From: a virus
Lineage: Duplodnaviria > Caudoviricetes
Virus record (IMG/VR): IMGVR_UViG_3300043610_000032
Span: 1 to 44,232 of that record
Direction: 5' to 3' (one strand)
Length of the DNA stretch: 44,232 nt
Shown: positions 42,183 to 44,232 of the stretch, in pieces
Numbering within the stretch: the first letter of the stretch is position 1
Layout: every line of letters begins with the position of its first letter
Translations under genes and position numbers: made by a program
The notes under the pieces: model-generated
The model's input: only the letters and a program-made list of their open reading frames with translations
What the model was told of the DNA's origin: nothing
The model's database searches: none

Positions 42183-43727
42183 TCAACCCCATATCGCGAA
42201 CGGTGCAAGCTCCGGTTCCGGGACCGTGCCGTAATGCCACGCTGCCCTGTCCAGCGCCATAACAGCGGCCACCGCAAGGTCGATACGCCGACGCGAGTGC
42301 CTGTGCTCCTTGTAGATCCGCGTCCCCCGCGAGTCCGCCCGCAGCACCGCGTTCGCGATATGCCGGGCAAGCCGCCGATCCCCCGAATGTGTCACCGCGG
42401 AGTTGACGACCGCCTCGTAGAACCGGGTCGTCGCAGGAGTCATCCGGGCCGGCGACTGCGGGAACTCCACCACCGGAAGCCCCTCAGCCTCCAACACCTG
42501 ATACGACCGCGCCCACCGAAACGGGTCGCATGCGATCTCCAGCACCTGCCAGCGGCGGCACGCGTCCCGGATGGCCTGCTCCACGTCCGCGATCGGCACA
42601 CGCCAGTCGTCGCCGCCGTCGGTAGGCCGTTCCCAGCACTCCACCACCGCGATGTGCGGCTCGGCCTCCACCGACACGGCGACCAGCGCGGTGCAGTCGC
42701 CGTTGAACGACCCGTCGAACCCCAACACCACATCGGCGGCATCCGGAATCACATGACCCTCATCGGCGAGCAGATCCCACGCCCCGGCCGGCAGCCACCG
42801 CGTCGCGCCCGTCACCCACTGGTTGCAGCGCTTGATGCGGAACTCCGCCTCCGGGGTCCGCAGCACCGACGACTCGAAGTCCTCCGCCGACACCAGGTCG
42901 TCGAAGCCCGGGTTGGCCTCCCGCCACGTCTCCGGCGCCCGGTGGTCCGACCCGGCCAGCGCCGGCTCCCACCACGCCATCAGGAACGACGGGTCCGCGA
43001 CCTCACCCGAGCAGATCCGCCGCCCGTGCTCGTACAGGCTGTAACACAGCGAATCCTGACCGGAGGAGTCGAACCGCACACCCGCCGTGGTAATCCCGGC
43101 CATCAGCGGCTCCGGGCGGGCGCCCATCGCCAGCGACATGGTGTCCCACAGTTCGCGGTTGGGCTGGACGTGGACCTCGTCGAACAGGACCAGCGTCGGG
43201 TTCAGCCCCTCCTTGGTGTACGCCTCCGCCGACAACACCCGGTACACCGAGCCCGTGGCCGGATACTCGATGGCGTCCCGGTACAGCTTCAGGACATCGC
43301 CCAGCTCCGGCTCCAGCTCGACCATCCGCCGGGCGGTGCCGAACACGATCCGGGCCTGATCCCGGTCCCCCGCGCAGGAATACACCTCCGCGCCGTCGGA
43401 ACCGAACACCAGCCCGTACAACCCCAGCCCCGCGCCCAGCGCCGACTTGCCGTTCTTCCGGGCAACGCCGATCAGCGCCTGCCGGTGCCGGTACCTGCCA
43501 TCCGGCCGGCGCGCCAGCAGATGCGCGAGCACCTGCCGCTGCCAACCCCGCAGCCGGATCTCCGATCCCGCCGCGCCAGCGACCGAATCCTTCGTGACCC
43601 GGCACATCGCCTCAACGAAATCGGAAGCCGAACGACCGTCCCCCCGCCGCAGGTCAGCAGTCGGAACCGGCGTCAGCCACCTCGGGGGCCACCCGGGCGG
43701 CGCGGAGGGCTTCGAGCTTGCTGACAC
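42183..43727 (-). CDS. terL: terminase large subunit
   Basis: LRGWQ, Walker A ARKNGKS, Walker B LFDEVH, ITTAG, ANP, nuclease GFDGS..D, RIDLAVA. Confidence 0.95.
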   Translation of the reverse strand: MSASSKPSAPPGWPPRWLTPVPTADLRRGDGRSASDFVEAMCRVTKDSVAGAAGSEIRLRGWQRQVLAHLLARRPDGRYRHRQALIGVARKNGKSALGAGLGLYGLVFGSDGAEVYSCAGDRDQARIVFGTARRMVELEPELGDVLKLYRDAIEYPATGSVYRVLSAEAYTKEGLNPTLVLFDEVHVQPNRELWDTMSLAMGARPEPLMAGITTAGVRFDSSGQDSLCYSLYEHGRRICSGEVADPSFLMAWWEPALAGSDHRAPETWREANPGFDDLVSAEDFESSVLRTPEAEFRIKRCNQWVTGATRWLPAGAWDLLADEGHVIPDAADVVLGFDGSFNGDCTALVAVSVEAEPHIAVVECWERPTDGGDDWRVPIADVEQAIRDACRRWQVLEIACDPFRWARSYQVLEAEGLPVVEFPQSPARMTPATTRFYEAVVNSAVTHSGDRRLARHIANAVLRADSRGTRIYKEHRHSRRRIDLAVAAVMALDRAAWHYGTVPEPELAPFAIWG

Positions 43728-44145
43728 GGGTCACCTCCGCCACGCCCAGCCGGGAACGTGCCGTCGGGTTGAACCCCAGGTCGGAGAGCGCCGACGCGAG
43801 CTGCTTCACGAACGCGACGACCATGGCGCCGTCCTTCGGGTCCCGGGTCGCCCGGTACCGCTCGCGCGCCGCCGCGATGTCGTCGGCCAGGGAACACGCC
43901 TGCTCGACGGCCTCCATGTCAGTCAGCGGCGAGATCCAGGAGATGCCGGCCGCCCAGCACCGGGTCCACAGCCGCTGTCCGTCCAGTCCGGCACCGGAAG
44001 GGAGATCCGGGACGCCCTGCGCCATCGGCAGGGCCACGACCGTCGATGCGGGCGGGAGCTTCCGCCCGCCCGAGTCCGTCGTGGGCGTGCGACCGGTGCG
44101 GCGTTTCTGCTCCAGCGGCTTCGGGGGGCGACCAAGTGGAGGCAT
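43654..44145 (-). CDS. terS: terminase small subunit (P27-like)
   Basis: GRPPKP..KR..G, W, LGFNPTARSRLG; directly upstream of terL. Confidence 0.85.
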   Translation of the reverse strand: MPPLGRPPKPLEQKRRTGRTPTTDSGGRKLPPASTVVALPMAQGVPDLPSGAGLDGQRLWTRCWAAGISWISPLTDMEAVEQACSLADDIAAARERYRATRDPKDGAMVVAFVKQLASALSDLGFNPTARSRLGVAEVTRVSKLEALRAARVAPEVADAGSDC

Positions 44146-44232
44146 CACACCCCCGTTATGCATGACTATGCGCACCGCTCAGAAGTCGGTCACAGGCGGT
44201 CACTGATCATTCTGAGACTGCGCGCGTGAGGT

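Noticed and set aside
41826-43724. 632-aa plus-strand ORF
   Set aside because: Antisense shadow of terL
44146-44232. Possible cos/genome end upstream of terS
   Set aside because: The position is plausible but no diagnostic sequence can be confirmed without reads
1-44232. Genome-wide TGA reassignment; DGR, retron or reverse transcriptase
   Set aside because: TGA is the normal stop of most genes here; no RT motifs or TR/VR pair were seen

Overview
This window is about 44 kb of a temperate, long-tailed (siphovirus-type) phage of a very GC-rich actinobacterium. It is a partial genome: the left end cuts a gene and no replication genes are visible. There are four blocks. (1) 1-10370, minus strand: an early operon starting at a Cro-like gene, with many small translationally coupled ORFs, a PD-(D/E)XK exonuclease plus RecT-like pair, and an SPFH lipoprotein. 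(2) 10370-12500: a divergent Cro/repressor switch and a large serine integrase. Phage genes continue on both sides, so attP is probably intact. (3) 12568-17241, plus strand: accessory genes including an HNH nuclease, a DUF5565/RLIG1-like RNA ligase, DUF6221, an AlpA-like HTH module and a tmRNA-like RNA remnant; several of these genes carry in-frame stops or frameshifts. (4) 44145 down to 17250, minus strand: the late operon, running terminase, portal, protease-capsid fusion, head completion, tail and lysis. The best candidate for an undescribed system is a virion-decoration module in the head region. It consists of a GT4 glycosyltransferase fused to an FkbM methyltransferase just after the capsid gene, plus a five-gene insert that ends in a 621-aa protein with nine cationic Arg/Pro/Thr repeats. 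Other leads are a recurring hairpin whose loop pairs with sequence near the RBS of accessory genes, an HNH inserted at a duplicated RNA-ligase start, and an antisense membrane-protein gene inside the tail operon. All calls come from reading motifs and synteny by eye; no searches were run.
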